A stretch of DNA of 60,200 bases, counting the filler, from Circinaria calcarea (taxonomy: Eukaryota), in the NCBI GenBank assembly GCA_051942165.1. It is 9 parts of 9 records of this genome, joined end to end, with 100 filler letters (N's around TTAATTAATTAA, not from the genome) between each part and the next. Parts side by side here need not be neighbours in the genome. Positions count along the whole stretch, not along the records: positions 33,524 to 40,120 come from JAVECS010001543.1; positions 40,221 to 46,815 come from JAVECS010001544.1; positions 46,916 to 53,509 come from JAVECS010001545.1; 6 more parts are not named here. The stretch is one strand, 5' to 3'. The translations under genes were made by a program, and so were the position numbers. Each line of letters opens with the position of its first letter. Within the stretch, counting starts at the first letter, position 1. This document shows positions 37,276 to 49,178 of the stretch, piece after piece. The notes under the pieces were generated by a model. The model did no database searches. It was not told the origin of the DNA and saw nothing but the letters and a program-made list of their open reading frames with translations.

Positions 37276-38170
37276 ATGACATCCATTGATGCAAAACGTC
37301 GCAAAGCAGCACCTACTACGCAACCAATCTCTATCATACCCACCGATGCGGCCCGTACCTTTACCCATGCTCACCCAGTCCTCCTTTTGGTCTATTACTA
37401 CTTTCGCTTTCCTTCTCTGGTAGCCAATCCAGTTGCTACCCTCTTTAGTGACCTTTTACCTATCTCGCTGATACAAATCGCCTACGTGACAATCTGTCTC
37501 CCACCCCTCAAACCCTCTGATGTGCCCCAACCGGTCTCCAAATCTCTCAAATCCGGGAAGCGGAAGCGATCCACCGCCCCTGCCAAATCAATTGATGGCA
37601 TTTCGAATAAGATCATCGTATGTTTCTTTGAAATGGGAAGCTGGACATCTCGAGTCCCTGGAGGCTGATTATTATTACAGCCTGCTTTGCTAGCGCTTAC
37701 TTTAACCGTCTTTCCCAGCACCCCTCTCCTGACTATTATCCTGATTCTCTTTGGCGCTCCGTTGACAACTCATCATGCGCAAACCATTCTCTGCGCTGCC
37801 CATCTGTCACTTCTTGCCGTCTTGCCACTTTTTTACACCTATGGCGTCTCGAGCGCTATCTGGAGGGAAATAGTAGGGGCCATGCTAGCTTTTGATGAGG
37901 TGTGGGGTGCCAGTGTGGGGTGTCTTGTAGGTGCTTGGCTAGGAGCAGTGCCCATTCCTCTGGATTGGTACGTGAAGACCAAACAACCGCCGAGGATGAA
38001 CAAGCCGAAAGATTAGCAGACAAGTGTATCGCTAACATCGTTCGCAATACAGGGATCGAGAATGGCAGAAATGGCCAGTTACAATTGTTACCGGAGCTTA
38101 CGGAGGCTATGTTCTTGGGAAATTAGCCGGAAAGTATTTACTGAAAGGAAAGAGGATCGAATTCGATTGA
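37276..38170 (+). CDS. GPI11: GPI anchor biosynthesis protein 11 (PIG-F)
   Basis: ILFGAPLTTH..T.LCAAHLSLL; GCLVGAWLGAVPIPLDW|DREWQKWPVTIVTGAYGGY. Introns about 37618..37680 and 37968..38052. Confidence 0.95.
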
Positions 38171-39903
38171 ACCAGGAGAAGTCAGGAGCTTGCAGATATC
38201 GTGTTCCCTGATGTGCCGTGAAAATAACCCAGAAAAACACTAGGACGGTAGTCTCCTAGCCATTGATCGTTGAAAACACATTCTAATTGAAACTGATCAG
38301 CGGCACAGGGTGATAATATGGACAACGGTCCTCTGTTGGAACACGTTGCCTATCACACCCGTTAACATACAAGGATCCCATTGTCAGAAATCTCGTCACA
38401 GGGGGTGGCATAAGTCATCAGGGTCCGGAGGCGTTACCGAATACTAAACAATAGTCTCTATACATTGAAATAATCACTATAGTACCGTCTCTCCGAATTA
38501 GCTGTTTATATCTCGGAGAAATATGCGGAGGTTCATGGCTGATTACCTGACTACTTGTTGAATTGTTTACTCTATATATATACATACGTCGGTAGTACCC
38601 CGGAACCCCCATGACTTCTGCCGCCGTACCTATAAACAATTTGACGGCTGTGGTGTTCCATAGCCACATGCTTCGAGAAAATATTGGGCAAGGACTATTT
38701 GCCTCGGTCTACGCCCACCACTCGGTCAATAGAGCGGAATAGGACTCCAGAACCGATGTATGTTACGAAGTATCTGAGTCTGATTGTCATTATCAATTCG
38801 TCTTTCCCTAAGGTAGCCAGTCGTGTACTCCTATAGTAGATCCATCCATCCCCGACTGCATACTCCGGTCTCGGTATCGAGCAGCTGTGAATTTTAAGCT
38901 GTAGCTATGTTATAGGTAGGTATTTAGGGAAATGATCCTTGGCAAGTGTAGCTTATGCGCGATGCACGCTATCATCCGCAGTAGCCCTCATCTTATTTCG
39001 CCGCCCTAAGCCAATCTTTGGCACTCCCGTGGTGTTTCGGCGCGACGCTAAAGGTACTCTATCTCCGCCACCGACGTTACTTCTACATGTCAGACAACCG
39101 GATTGAGGACCCTAGCTCTGGCGTCAAGCCTGATTCAGCAGGGTTGGCAGGCTAGCGCCTTCGTTTCTGTCAGCTAAGACGAATTCGATGGCAGGAGGGC
39201 ATCGTGGCTGTTTCTGCCAATCTCAGGGAATGCGTGACAGTAGTTCAACATGCAGTTGGATGGAGCAGAGATGCTCGAACGCGAGCTTCATATCATACAC
39301 CGCTCTTGTGTCAGCATCGACCTTGCCGAGTGTTCGAGTCACCGTTGAAGAAAGAAGAAGCATGACACACCGTTCCCAGTAATACGGATCCCAGGTCCTC
39401 GTCGTTATCTTTTCAACCACCTCGAGTACTGTGGTGTGTGTGTGTCCACACATCGGATGATGATCCTCCCGCAAGAACCAAAGGGAACATGGGTCCTAGA
39501 CCCCTGCCAACTTTCGTCGAATGATGCACCGGGACATGATCCTTTGAAGCGCTTCTACTTTGCGACTGCGCACCATCAATGATCAGGACAGATCAGCAGC
39601 AACGCTGTCTGGGCCGACAATGGCTCGTGCAGCGGCTCCTTCCCCCACACTGAATGGCCTGGGCCCAACCTCAGTCAGAGCGTTACTTCGTTCTGCAGCT
39701 ATTTAGAACAACAGCCCTTAGCTCCTTCCCATGGCATTCTTTACCAATCGAGTCTAGACGGATATCTATTTCTCAACACACCTTCCATCACTCACCCCTA
39801 CTCCTTCTCTGCCTCATCTTGCATTGCGCATGCCAGCCGCTTTCCCGTCTTCAGCCTTGGTCTCTTAGGGCGAAAAGGAACTTGAAGTACCAGCCATCTC
39901 ACT

Positions 39904-40120
39904 ATGGATACTATCAGACTTTTTTGGAAGAAGCACATACCGCCGGTTCTTCTGAATACCAAAGTCCACGACGAGCTCGCCGAGACTCCAGCCAACATGA
40001 GCTATGATTTCCCACCACGTACGCTTGTCCAGACCACTCTCCCCTCATGTTCTGATCAAGAGACCTAGCCACTTGGACTTTTGCGAAGAAGAGTAAGGAT
40101 GGCAGGACCATGCCTCAAGC
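39904..40120 (+). CDS. Possible 5' end of an unknown gene (not in ORF track), truncated
   Basis: MDTIRLFWKKHIPPVLLNTKVHDELAETPANMSYDFPP, then a frame-preserving intron 40019..40068 (GTACGC..CTGAT..TAG), then PTWTFAKKSKDGRTMPQ to the contig end. Confidence 0.4.
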
Positions 40121-40220
40121 NNNNNNNNNNNNNNNNNNNNNNNNNNNNNNNNNNNNNNNNNNNNTTAATTAATTAANNNNNNNNNNNNNNNNNNNNNNNN
40201 NNNNNNNNNNNNNNNNNNNN
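40121..40220. other. Artificial contig spacer
   Basis: N44-TTAATTAATTAA-N44. Confidence 0.99.
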
Positions 40221-41267
40221 TCTTCTATTAAAATTGGTGCTCTTATATTCTACAAACGTGTCTTCCGTGTAAAGAGTCACTGGAATGCACTCGACATCGC
40301 GCGATCTATAACAATGGTTATAGTTATACTGTGGGCGATCGCGATGATTCTCATGAATTCATTGCAGTGTGGTACAGAGATTGCCGCTCTCTGGACCGGC
40401 TTTGATCGGTTCATGGTCTACTGCAACTATGTGGTAGCTTATGAACAAACATTTGCCATAACAAACTTTTTATTAGATCTATGGATTATTCTTCTCCCTT
40501 TGCCAAAGGTATAAAATAACATTTTCAGGATGTACCTAGTTCTTGTTAGGGTTCCAGCTAATGCGAGTAATGAAGATCTTTGGTCTGCAGGTAACGACGT
40601 ATCGTAAATTTGCCGTTGCTGGTGTTTTTCTGTTAGCGTTGGTGTGGGTAGCACTTGGTGAACTTTGGTCACATCAACGCTGATATTCGGGCAGTGGCCT
40701 AGCATCTTCAATTGCACGCATGGTCAAATATATTCAGATTAATAGAGGTGAGATTTCACTGTACAAAGAGCTAATCTAGATACGCGCTAATATATGGATC
40801 GTTTGCAGTCATAAATGACCCAACGATCGATTATCGCCGTAAGTCCCGTTTGATGAGCGGTCATTCGCGGGACAGCGGCTGATGATATTATAGTTGCCGA
40901 TACATTACAGACCTTCTGGTCTATTCTTGAAGCTGGCATGAGTTTACTTGCCGTTAATTTGCCCTCCCTCTGGTTTTATAGAACAATGTTCTCACTCGAG
41001 AGTGTTCTTGCAAGTATCCGAACTGTCATCTCTCTACGCTCCCTCCGCTCCAGCAACCATCAGAACTCGTGCTTGCAAAGGTCGCGCACAGTTCCCCTGC
41101 CTGCTGAAGGCCTGTCTACACACTCGGAATCCTCGAATGCTATGATTTTTCCTATAGAGCGAAACGAGGTCTATGCGATGCATGATGTGGAAGCACAGCT
41201 AGGTGCATCCCCCGTGCCAAAGGGCGTCATTATGGTGAATTCAACCATACACCAAGACAAGGAGTAA
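40221..41267 (+). CDS. PTH11-like rhodopsin-domain membrane protein, 5' truncated
   Basis: IKIGALIFYKRVF, LQCGTEIAALW, TNFLLDLWIILLPLPK|IFGLQ..KFAVAGVFLL|GLASSIARM, FWSILEAGMSLLAVNLPSLW. Confidence 0.9.
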
Positions 41268-42428
41268 GGATCTCGAGAAGAAAGGAACCAGACCGCTATG
41301 GCGATTACAGTGCGAGAAATGAGAGAAAACAAATATTAGAGTAACAAACAGCGTCCTTATGCCATACACATTCAACCAATAGAAAAAGCATCTTCTTTAG
41401 TTACTAAAGAGCCCTAGTATCGAAGCTCCATATGTCGTTCATGAAAAATAGCACACGACTTGGATTTGTGTTATGGGAAGGAGCAGGCGGGCCTGCGGGG
41501 CTATATAGCCCCAGAATAGACAGTCATAGAATCAATCAATTCTATTCCTTGATGCATACTCTGCCGTGACAATTTGTCCCTATCCAAGGCAAGCTAGAAT
41601 TTGGGAAATCATTCCCAAACGCCAAGAGTACTGCAAAACACCCAAACATATCCTTTTATTCACGTCCTAGAAGCCCCTGAGTTTCCACAACCTAAAGGAA
41701 ATAACAGAGCTATTGTTACAACAAATAGCACTTTCCTATCAAAACCCTCACTGTTAACTCACAGGAAGCAAAACGAGTGTTCCGTTCACCTTCGTTTGTA
41801 TATGCTTGCAAAATCGATGTTATACTTTTTATATCTTCGCCGTACATGAGTTTCAAATCACATTGGACGGAGAGTAATGACGAGATTGATGAAGGAGGAG
41901 CGTTACAGGGAGGGCACTCCGTCTTCAATAATTTACACGGTATAACCGGAATATATGTACTGATAAATGCTACTGAAATAGTATGAGATATTATGAGTAT
42001 GCTGCTTCTGTGTGGTGTGTGCGTCATGGGTAATACATATGGAATGCATGTGGAGAAAAGATTTGGGTATCGCTGAGATAGAGAGTGAAAAGTGCGCCCA
42101 ATTAGCACTGTTTCCCCGCTTTCTTCCCTGCGCGTTGCAACCGTAACATTGCCCCTTTTCGCTATTTCGGGCACAGCCGGTTTTCAGCCTACATTCTCAG
42201 CCTTCTATAGCGCCCGAGTAACGTCTGTCTTTCTAGAATCAGCCATGCTATCTTATATATTATAACAAAGTCGGAGTGGATTCTAGCGGTAGGATATAGT
42301 TATCTACCAGATTCTCCACCTCTAATTTCTCTGCTGCGAATAACGCACTTTTGTAACCAAGGCCTCAAAATTAGATAAGGCTGACATACCAGGTCAAATC
42401 TAGTCTTTAAGACAAATTCGGAGGCAAA

Positions 42429-44723
42429 ATGACGGGTAGAGCGATCCAGGCGCAATGGGAACTGAGCCATACCGTGTTCAAGACCGCTGGTATGTTGTGG
42501 GACTTGATACGAGCTGCAGGACAAGACAACGTACAAAGTCAGGCCGTCATCGCCCTGGAAACTCTTGGTGCTGGGATATTGGTCTCTCCCGTCAGGATTA
42601 GTGAAGGATACGAGGCTCTCCGACGAAACAATGCTCAGGTTTTCGAACGACTCGGTATTTCGATTGGCCTGAACGGTGGTGGTATCGTACGTCTTCTGCG
42701 GAAATCAACACCATGCATCGCTGGATTTCTATTTATTACTGCTTGTAAACCTTGCTATACCGACTCGGAAATTGGTGCTATTCTATTCGAATTAATGGCA
42801 GCCACCGGTCTATTGAACAAAATTCCGATTTCCCCTCTTCAACTGGGTCAGTTGGTAGGCTCTCTTTCCGGATACTGTGACAAGATTTGTCCGAAGGAGC
42901 TCTACGTCGACATAGCCCAGAAGGTGGCGCAGGGCATTGTGCTTGATGAAATTAGAAATCCTCTATACCACCAGCTTGAGAAAGGGACAATTGCTAGTGT
43001 ATTCACGAGATTGTTTGACGCATTGAGAGATGAGGAGATCTCTAAGATAACATTAAAAGGCCGCCAAAGTGGAATATGGCTCGTGACTGCTTTGGTCTGG
43101 TTACTACCTCCAGACGATGTTCAGGTTATTCTATATGGCAAGACAATCTTCGGAGGTAATAAAAGTAGGTTAAAGATATCCTTGGAGGATTCGACATCGC
43201 GAGAATGGGAGATCCAGGAATGGAGAGCTCAAGAGGACGTGATTTCAGTTATTAAGTCAGCCAAGCCTGTTAATAGTTTAATCCGCACACGCGGGATGGA
43301 TCTTCAACCCTTGAAGCTAGTAAGAATGTCTATCGCATTTGAATGGGCGATGGAAGAAAAGGAATTAGAAGCCACTGGGCTTTTGGCTGGAGCCTTAGTT
43401 ACTATTGCAGTTGAAGACGGCATTCTGGGATCAGATCGAAGGAAGCCTAAACATTCCATAAATTCCACGGTCCCGTTATTTGAACTGTGTCAGCCAAGGT
43501 TTTTGTCTACTTACGGCGACATGATGGCTGAATTTGGATGGCAGGTGGATGATACCTTTCGCAAGTTCCAAGCAGAATTTGTCGCTCACTTTCGCATGTG
43601 GAAAGAAGCTGGGCATGATCATGAGAGCTTAAGAAAAGGGATAGGAAGCCGATTTGAAAGATTGGGAATGATTGAGATCCTAAACCACGCATTTTCGCGC
43701 ATGGAGTTCCAAAGCGAGGCTTGGCCAACGTCTGACTCCAATCATTCTTCCTTGGTACAGGCCTCAGTGCGCCTTGCCGGAGAAGCACTACTGCGTTGCT
43801 TGTGTTCCGAAACTTCAAAAGCTGATTACTTACAGCCTGCCGAGTACCAAGAGATACAGACGAGCAGCATTATGCTGTATCAGATTGTCTTCGGATGTAA
43901 GGTTGATACAGTGTTACCCTTTACAATCACGGCTTTCCGATCAGAGGCTATGCGAGCAACCGTGCCAGGATCCGCAACAGTTAAAGCAGGCCAGCTTGCC
44001 TTTAGTAACAATGGATATGTTGTTTTCTCCTCCGTCCTCCAAGAACGATCCACCTTACGACGAGACGTTTGCTCCCTTTCAATGCTACCCGGAATAATTC
44101 GCTGGGGAGTAGATCAGATGCAGTACCAAGCGATTCAAGAGTCACCGTCCCAGTCCCACCCTCTAGAGAGTGGTAAATTAAAGCCCATCGTCCTTTTTGA
44201 TCAAGGAAAATATCTCGGCTTTGAAGCTCGAGGCTCGCCTCAGGGAAACAATATTGAGATACTGCTGAGCCCCTCGATGAACAAACTGTTGATGAGCACT
44301 TGCCTTTCTAGCAAGCCCGAAGACATACCCGTCGAGCTGTGCTGGAACGACTCGATTGAAGCTCTTGCGGTGGCAACAGTCGTGCAAGGGCCCTCAATGA
44401 CTGCTATTGGTGAAAGACGTCTTGCTCAAACCTGGCAAGACCAAGGGGTCTGCAACAGGATAGCCTGGCTATCAGCCGATAGCACAATTATGGATCATTC
44501 AATGTCACTTTATATTACCATGACGGCACGTGATGAAGAATTAAGATTCTTTGTTGCAGGACCTTTTAGCTCACGTTGGCGGATTATCCTTCGAAACGGT
44601 GCACCCACTATCCAGTGCGTGCAACGTGCCATGAACCTGCATGAGGATGAAAGCTCTCTACCGTCCTTTCAATCTATATGGCCGAGTGAACGACATATCA
44701 TGGACTGGATTATTATTGCTTAA
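42429..44723 (+). CDS. Uncharacterised 764-aa intronless protein
   Basis: Long uninterrupted ORF with globular composition. The N-terminal IQAQWELS..LIRAAGQDNVQSQAVIALETLG resembles, from memory, a recurrent unannotated ascomycete family. Confidence 0.85.
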   Translation: MTGRAIQAQWELSHTVFKTAGMLWDLIRAAGQDNVQSQAVIALETLGAGILVSPVRISEGYEALRRNNAQVFERLGISIGLNGGGIVRLLRKSTPCIAGFLFITACKPCYTDSEIGAILFELMAATGLLNKIPISPLQLGQLVGSLSGYCDKICPKELYVDIAQKVAQGIVLDEIRNPLYHQLEKGTIASVFTRLFDALRDEEISKITLKGRQSGIWLVTALVWLLPPDDVQVILYGKTIFGGNKSRLKISLEDSTSREWEIQEWRAQEDVISVIKSAKPVNSLIRTRGMDLQPLKLVRMSIAFEWAMEEKELEATGLLAGALVTIAVEDGILGSDRRKPKHSINSTVPLFELCQPRFLSTYGDMMAEFGWQVDDTFRKFQAEFVAHFRMWKEAGHDHESLRKGIGSRFERLGMIEILNHAFSRMEFQSEAWPTSDSNHSSLVQASVRLAGEALLRCLCSETSKADYLQPAEYQEIQTSSIMLYQIVFGCKVDTVLPFTITAFRSEAMRATVPGSATVKAGQLAFSNNGYVVFSSVLQERSTLRRDVCSLSMLPGIIRWGVDQMQYQAIQESPSQSHPLESGKLKPIVLFDQGKYLGFEARGSPQGNNIEILLSPSMNKLLMSTCLSSKPEDIPVELCWNDSIEALAVATVVQGPSMTAIGERRLAQTWQDQGVCNRIAWLSADSTIMDHSMSLYITMTARDEELRFFVAGPFSSRWRIILRNGAPTIQCVQRAMNLHEDESSLPSFQSIWPSERHIMDWIIIA

Positions 44724-45754
44724 CCGTCATTAGATAAGTACCATTTACGCAGCGATAGCTATAGCATGGATATATTTTTCCACTGCTTTTGGAAGACATA
44801 ATATATAATTGCGGTACTTATGGGAAGATGCAATCGCCTTGGTATTGTAAAGGCTTTAAGTGAGACGTATTGTTAAATATAGAGCCAAGCTTACTATATA
44901 CCGAACTCGCTGTGAACCGCCCATCTTCCATATACTTCACACATATAGTTGACACACACCCTGCATAGTATATACAAATAGCATATATATAATACTGCTT
45001 CATTGCATTGCCTAGATCCCACCACATTATATATTTACCACGTATTAGTCTTTGACCTACTCCAAACCTTCCACTTAAGACATGCTGGGCAGGGGCAGAA
45101 ATTGGATTTTTTGGGCTATAATCACCGTAGAAATCCAAAAAACTATACTCATCATAGATTATTTCTTTCTCCATCTCATACTTCTTAGTATCAGCCATAC
45201 ACTACCTCGCGCAATACGCCCAACAATTTATTCAAGCTTGCCATTGCGGACCCAGAGTAAATTGCTTCGATTAGGGGGGTTTGCGAACGGAATCGAGGCA
45301 GGTGAGCAAAAAAGTCGTTGCCGAAAAACGATATGATACTGGAGGACTCCTCGCATATATATTATAGCCGGGTTGATTGATACAAGACCTTGAGTGTCAA
45401 GAATTCTTATTATGGAGTAAAAGACTCGCGCCATAGGTAGTGGGAATTTTTAGCGGCAACGGCTTTTTTGCGCAACTGGCTTCGAATATGGCCGTATACT
45501 AGTACCATAAAGGTTTTCTTTGCTAACAAACAAACGCGATATATCCTTGACCATTTCCCAGACATAATGCCATCAATTATGGTATGATAAACTGATGATT
45601 CTTATTGAATTTCATATCAGTAAGCCTTCTTTCCCACGGCTGCTATGTGAAACCTATTCCGTAGGGGCTTATCAAGCCCCTAAAAGTCATCCAACCAAAT
45701 ATTTGCCTCAAGGTGTCCAGACACCTTTTCCAACCCCCGAAAAAAATCCTACCC

Positions 45755-46358
45755 TCACAACTTCCCCGCCCCCCGGCCTACCGCCTCCGTAGTAAGTTCC
45801 TCCTCGGGCGGACTAACCAACCTATACCCCTCCCTCCCCATCCCCTCATCCAAATTCGCCGTATAGTACTCATCCACGCGCTCGATCCGGCCCTCGCCAT
45901 CAATGCCCAGCACAATCAGCACGTGCGCCCGAAACGCCCTTCCGGACGCTGGCCGCCCGGGCAACGGCCCCACCATTCTGCCTTTGTACACGCAGCGGAT
46001 CACGGTGCCGCCGCGCACGACGTCGATGCCTTCGATCTCGGTGCCGAAGTCGGCGATCGAGCGAAGCCAGGCGGTGCGGAAGCGCGCGAGGCCGGCGGGT
46101 CCGCGGTGCTGGATGAAGAAGGCGTGGTCGTGCCAGGTGGCGGTGGGGCTGAATTGGGCGAGGAAGGGGGCCAGGGGCGCGCCGAGGCCGGTGCAGAAGG
46201 AGTCGATGAAGGTGGTGGAGATGCGGGTGTGGAGGTCGGAGAGGGTGGCTGTGTGCCGGGGGGAAATTGGGGGTATTAGTGGAGCTTTTTTCCTCTTTTT
46301 GTTTTTTTTTGGCGATAGCTGGTGTGACAGGGGGGAAACTTCACGTACGGTCTGCCAT
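45755..46358 (-). CDS. SnoaL/NTF2-like (ester/polyketide cyclase-like) small protein
   Basis: MAD|(intron 46249..46348)PTLSDLHTRISTTFIDSF..FSPTATWHDHAF..HRGPAGLARF..W..SIADF..YKGRMVGPLPGRPASGRAF..GRIERVDEYY. Confidence 0.8.
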
Positions 46359-46815
46359 CTTTGGGAGCCTTTTGTCTGGCTTATGTTCCGGTTTTAGGTA
46401 TTGGGGTTTTAAAAGAGTGGGAATTGTAATTGTCGGTGGAGAGATGGGAGGAGGGAGTCCAAGTTGTAATAGGAGTAATAGGAGTAATAGGAGTAAGTAT
46501 GAGTAGTTCGTTATGCAATCCCACTCGGGCATACATAAATGTAAGATGTTTCCCTGGCATTCTAATAGGTTTACCTACGCGGAGTCATTCGGGCTCCTTT
46601 CTCCAGCCCACTTGAGTATGGTGGCGCTCTCCACCAGCCGCGCATGCATCAATCAACCCCTCACTGGAAAAGCTACAAAAATAACCCGTTAGAAAGTTAA
46701 CAAGTCTTTACGGTATTGATTGAGAGAGGGAAAGATTGCACACCCAATCTTATCCCCCTAATACTCCTCACTGCTTTCCTCAAATTTCCAGTCACCACCC
46801 CCAAGTACCCGGGCC

Positions 46816-46915
46816 NNNNNNNNNNNNNNNNNNNNNNNNNNNNNNNNNNNNNNNNNNNNTTAATTAATTAANNNNNNNNNNNNNNNNNNNNNNNNNNNNN
46901 NNNNNNNNNNNNNNN
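46816..46915. other. Artificial contig spacer
   Basis: N44-TTAATTAATTAA-N44. Confidence 0.99.
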
Positions 46916-47462
46916 CACGGTCTGGTCTTCCCCCGCATCCCCGTCCCCGTCCCTAAGCTGCGTGCGTGCCTTCCCTACCATATATCTTGGTTAGCTAGCT
47001 GTCAAGCGGCCGCCCCCGGTATACGAACAACAAATGTAAGATGTAAGTTGGATATCTATCTATTCACGAGAGCCCTGCGGCTTTTTTTTAAATTAATAAT
47101 CGACGAGGAAAAGGGGGGGATACTCTACGGGTATAGAAAGGGAGGGGGGGTAAAAGGAAGGGATCTCATGGGCTTATGGTAAGTTTCTGCATATTGGAGC
47201 CCATTTCGCTACCAAACGCATTTTTCGGAAGCGGTAGCTCTCGGCGTATACATACATGTATTACAATATGGTAGACTACCGCGAATTTATTTTTCACGTG
47301 CAAGAAGATAATCACAAAAGATAGATCAAAGAAACTAACTGGACCTTTGCTTTGCTGCCCAAGTATAGAAAAAAACTACTACCTACTGAACATCACACAG
47401 AAAACCTAGGATTCTAAACTCTAGAAGACTATCTGAAAATACCCCCATGGGCTTCTACCCGT

Positions 47463-48636
47463 CTAAGTATCCACCTCACTCTGGATCTGCACCTTAATGG
47501 CTCCCGTCTTCGGATCCGCCGCCGTCTCAAACGCCTTGACCGCATCCTCGATATCAAACCGATGCGTCACCAGCCTCTTCATATCAATTACTCCACTCTC
47601 CACCAATCTGATCGCCTTGGGCCACGTATTGCAATACCGGTACTGAAACGCGAGATCGATTTCCTGAGTGCTCAGCCGCATAAAGGGCATATTCATCTCG
47701 TTTTTGCCTACGCCGGTGACGAAGACTTTACCGCCGAAAGTGACGCTCCAGATGGCGGTAGCGACGCTGCTCTCGACGCCCGTGCATTCGATGGCGACTT
47801 TGAGCCTGATGCCGCCTGCAGCGGCGATGATGTCCTTGGCGCATTGCTCCGGGCTGACGCCACGCTCGACCTTGTAGGTTTTCGCGCTGGGGACGAGCTC
47901 ATTGGCGAACTTGAGTCTTCCTTCGTCAATGTCGGTGATGACGATCGGTTGGGCGCCTGCTGCTCTGCAGCAGAGTAGTGTGATCAGACCGATTGGTCCG
48001 GCTCCGCATATGAGGACTGGATCCCCCAACTTGGCTCCACTTCTCTCCATGGCTGCAAGGGCAACGCTCAAGGGCTCTAGGAGCGAGCCGTTCTCATAGC
48101 TCATATCGCCAATCTTATGGCACCATACTGCAGGATGATTGAGATACCGTCTCAGCAACCCATCAAAAGGAGGCGTGGAGGAGAATTTGACTTTGTCGCA
48201 ACCGTTGTAGCGGCCGGTAAGACATTGATCGCAGACGCCACAGATGATGTTCGGCTCAATTGCAACGCGGTCACCAGGCTTGAGATGGGTCACCGAGGGA
48301 TGAACGGCTAGGATAACACCAGCAGATTCATGACCGAGGATGTGGGTGTTCTCCACCACCATGGGACCAATCGCGCCGGCACGCCAAAAGTGAACATCGG
48401 AGCTGTGGAGATAAGTCGTGTCAGACGATGCAGGACGAAGACTTGGCGCTGGGAGAGTCTCACCCGCATATCCCCGTGCTCTTGACTCCGATGGTAACCT
48501 CGCCCTCCTTGAGGCTTTCGCCCTTCTTCACCTCTTCCAAGCTAGGCTGCGATTCCGCGACCCATAGCTCATGGGCTGGGTTGGTGAAAACTCCAACATT
48601 GGGCTTGGTGATGGTGGAAGTGGTGGTAGTTGACAT
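47463..48636 (-). CDS. ladA: L-arabinitol 4-dehydrogenase (Zn MDR family)
   Basis: [94 protein letters not shown]. One intron, about 48404..48463. Confidence 0.93.
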
Positions 48637-49178
48637 GGCGAGCGTGTGTAGGAAAATGTGTATAATGTCAAGCCCGTTAGCCTTGTAGGAAGGGGGAGCG
48701 GGGCAGTAATGTAGGGGAAGCAGGAAGGCCAAGGAGGGGTATTGCCAGGATAGAAGCGCGGAAGCGCACCAGTAGAAGGGAAACGGGCCGTATAGACTAA
48801 GAGGCAGATGAAGTTCAATGGTGTGCTTTAAGGTAAGGTGCTATGGTTCACTGTGGGCAGCCGCGTCAATGGTGAGGTTAGGGATGGTTATAGTAGAGAA
48901 ATAAGCATAAAACTTCTTCCGCCGTTGGGTAAAAGCGCGTCACTCGATCGACAAAGATCAACAGGGTCCTACCGATGGCGGGGCATCTGTACAGACGGAT
49001 TCAGACCTCGGCCATGGGGTTCGTGGGGGATAATGCAAAAACATAAGATAAGGGACTTCGGTATCATTCGGCGACCAGTATAGTAAATAAAGAAGTTTGA
49101 CTCGATGTTCAGACGACACGTGATAGAAGACAGTCATCATTTTGTTGCCAGATTAGGCAAATTAAAAATTCCAGGTCA

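Noticed and set aside
14159..41267. Three PTH11-like genes as a tandem receptor cluster
   Set aside because: They lie on three different contigs, and the family is normally large in Pezizomycotina.
44818..45434. Minus-strand 126- and 68-aa ORFs next to the 764-aa gene as a partner gene
   Set aside because: No recognisable motifs, AT-rich, and no clear splice structure.
45713..46397. Plus-strand 188- and 164-aa ORFs
   Set aside because: Antisense shadows of the GC-rich SnoaL-like gene.
46466..46500. (AGGAGTAAT)x3, and (ATGTAC)n at about 13549
   Set aside because: Ordinary short microsatellites.
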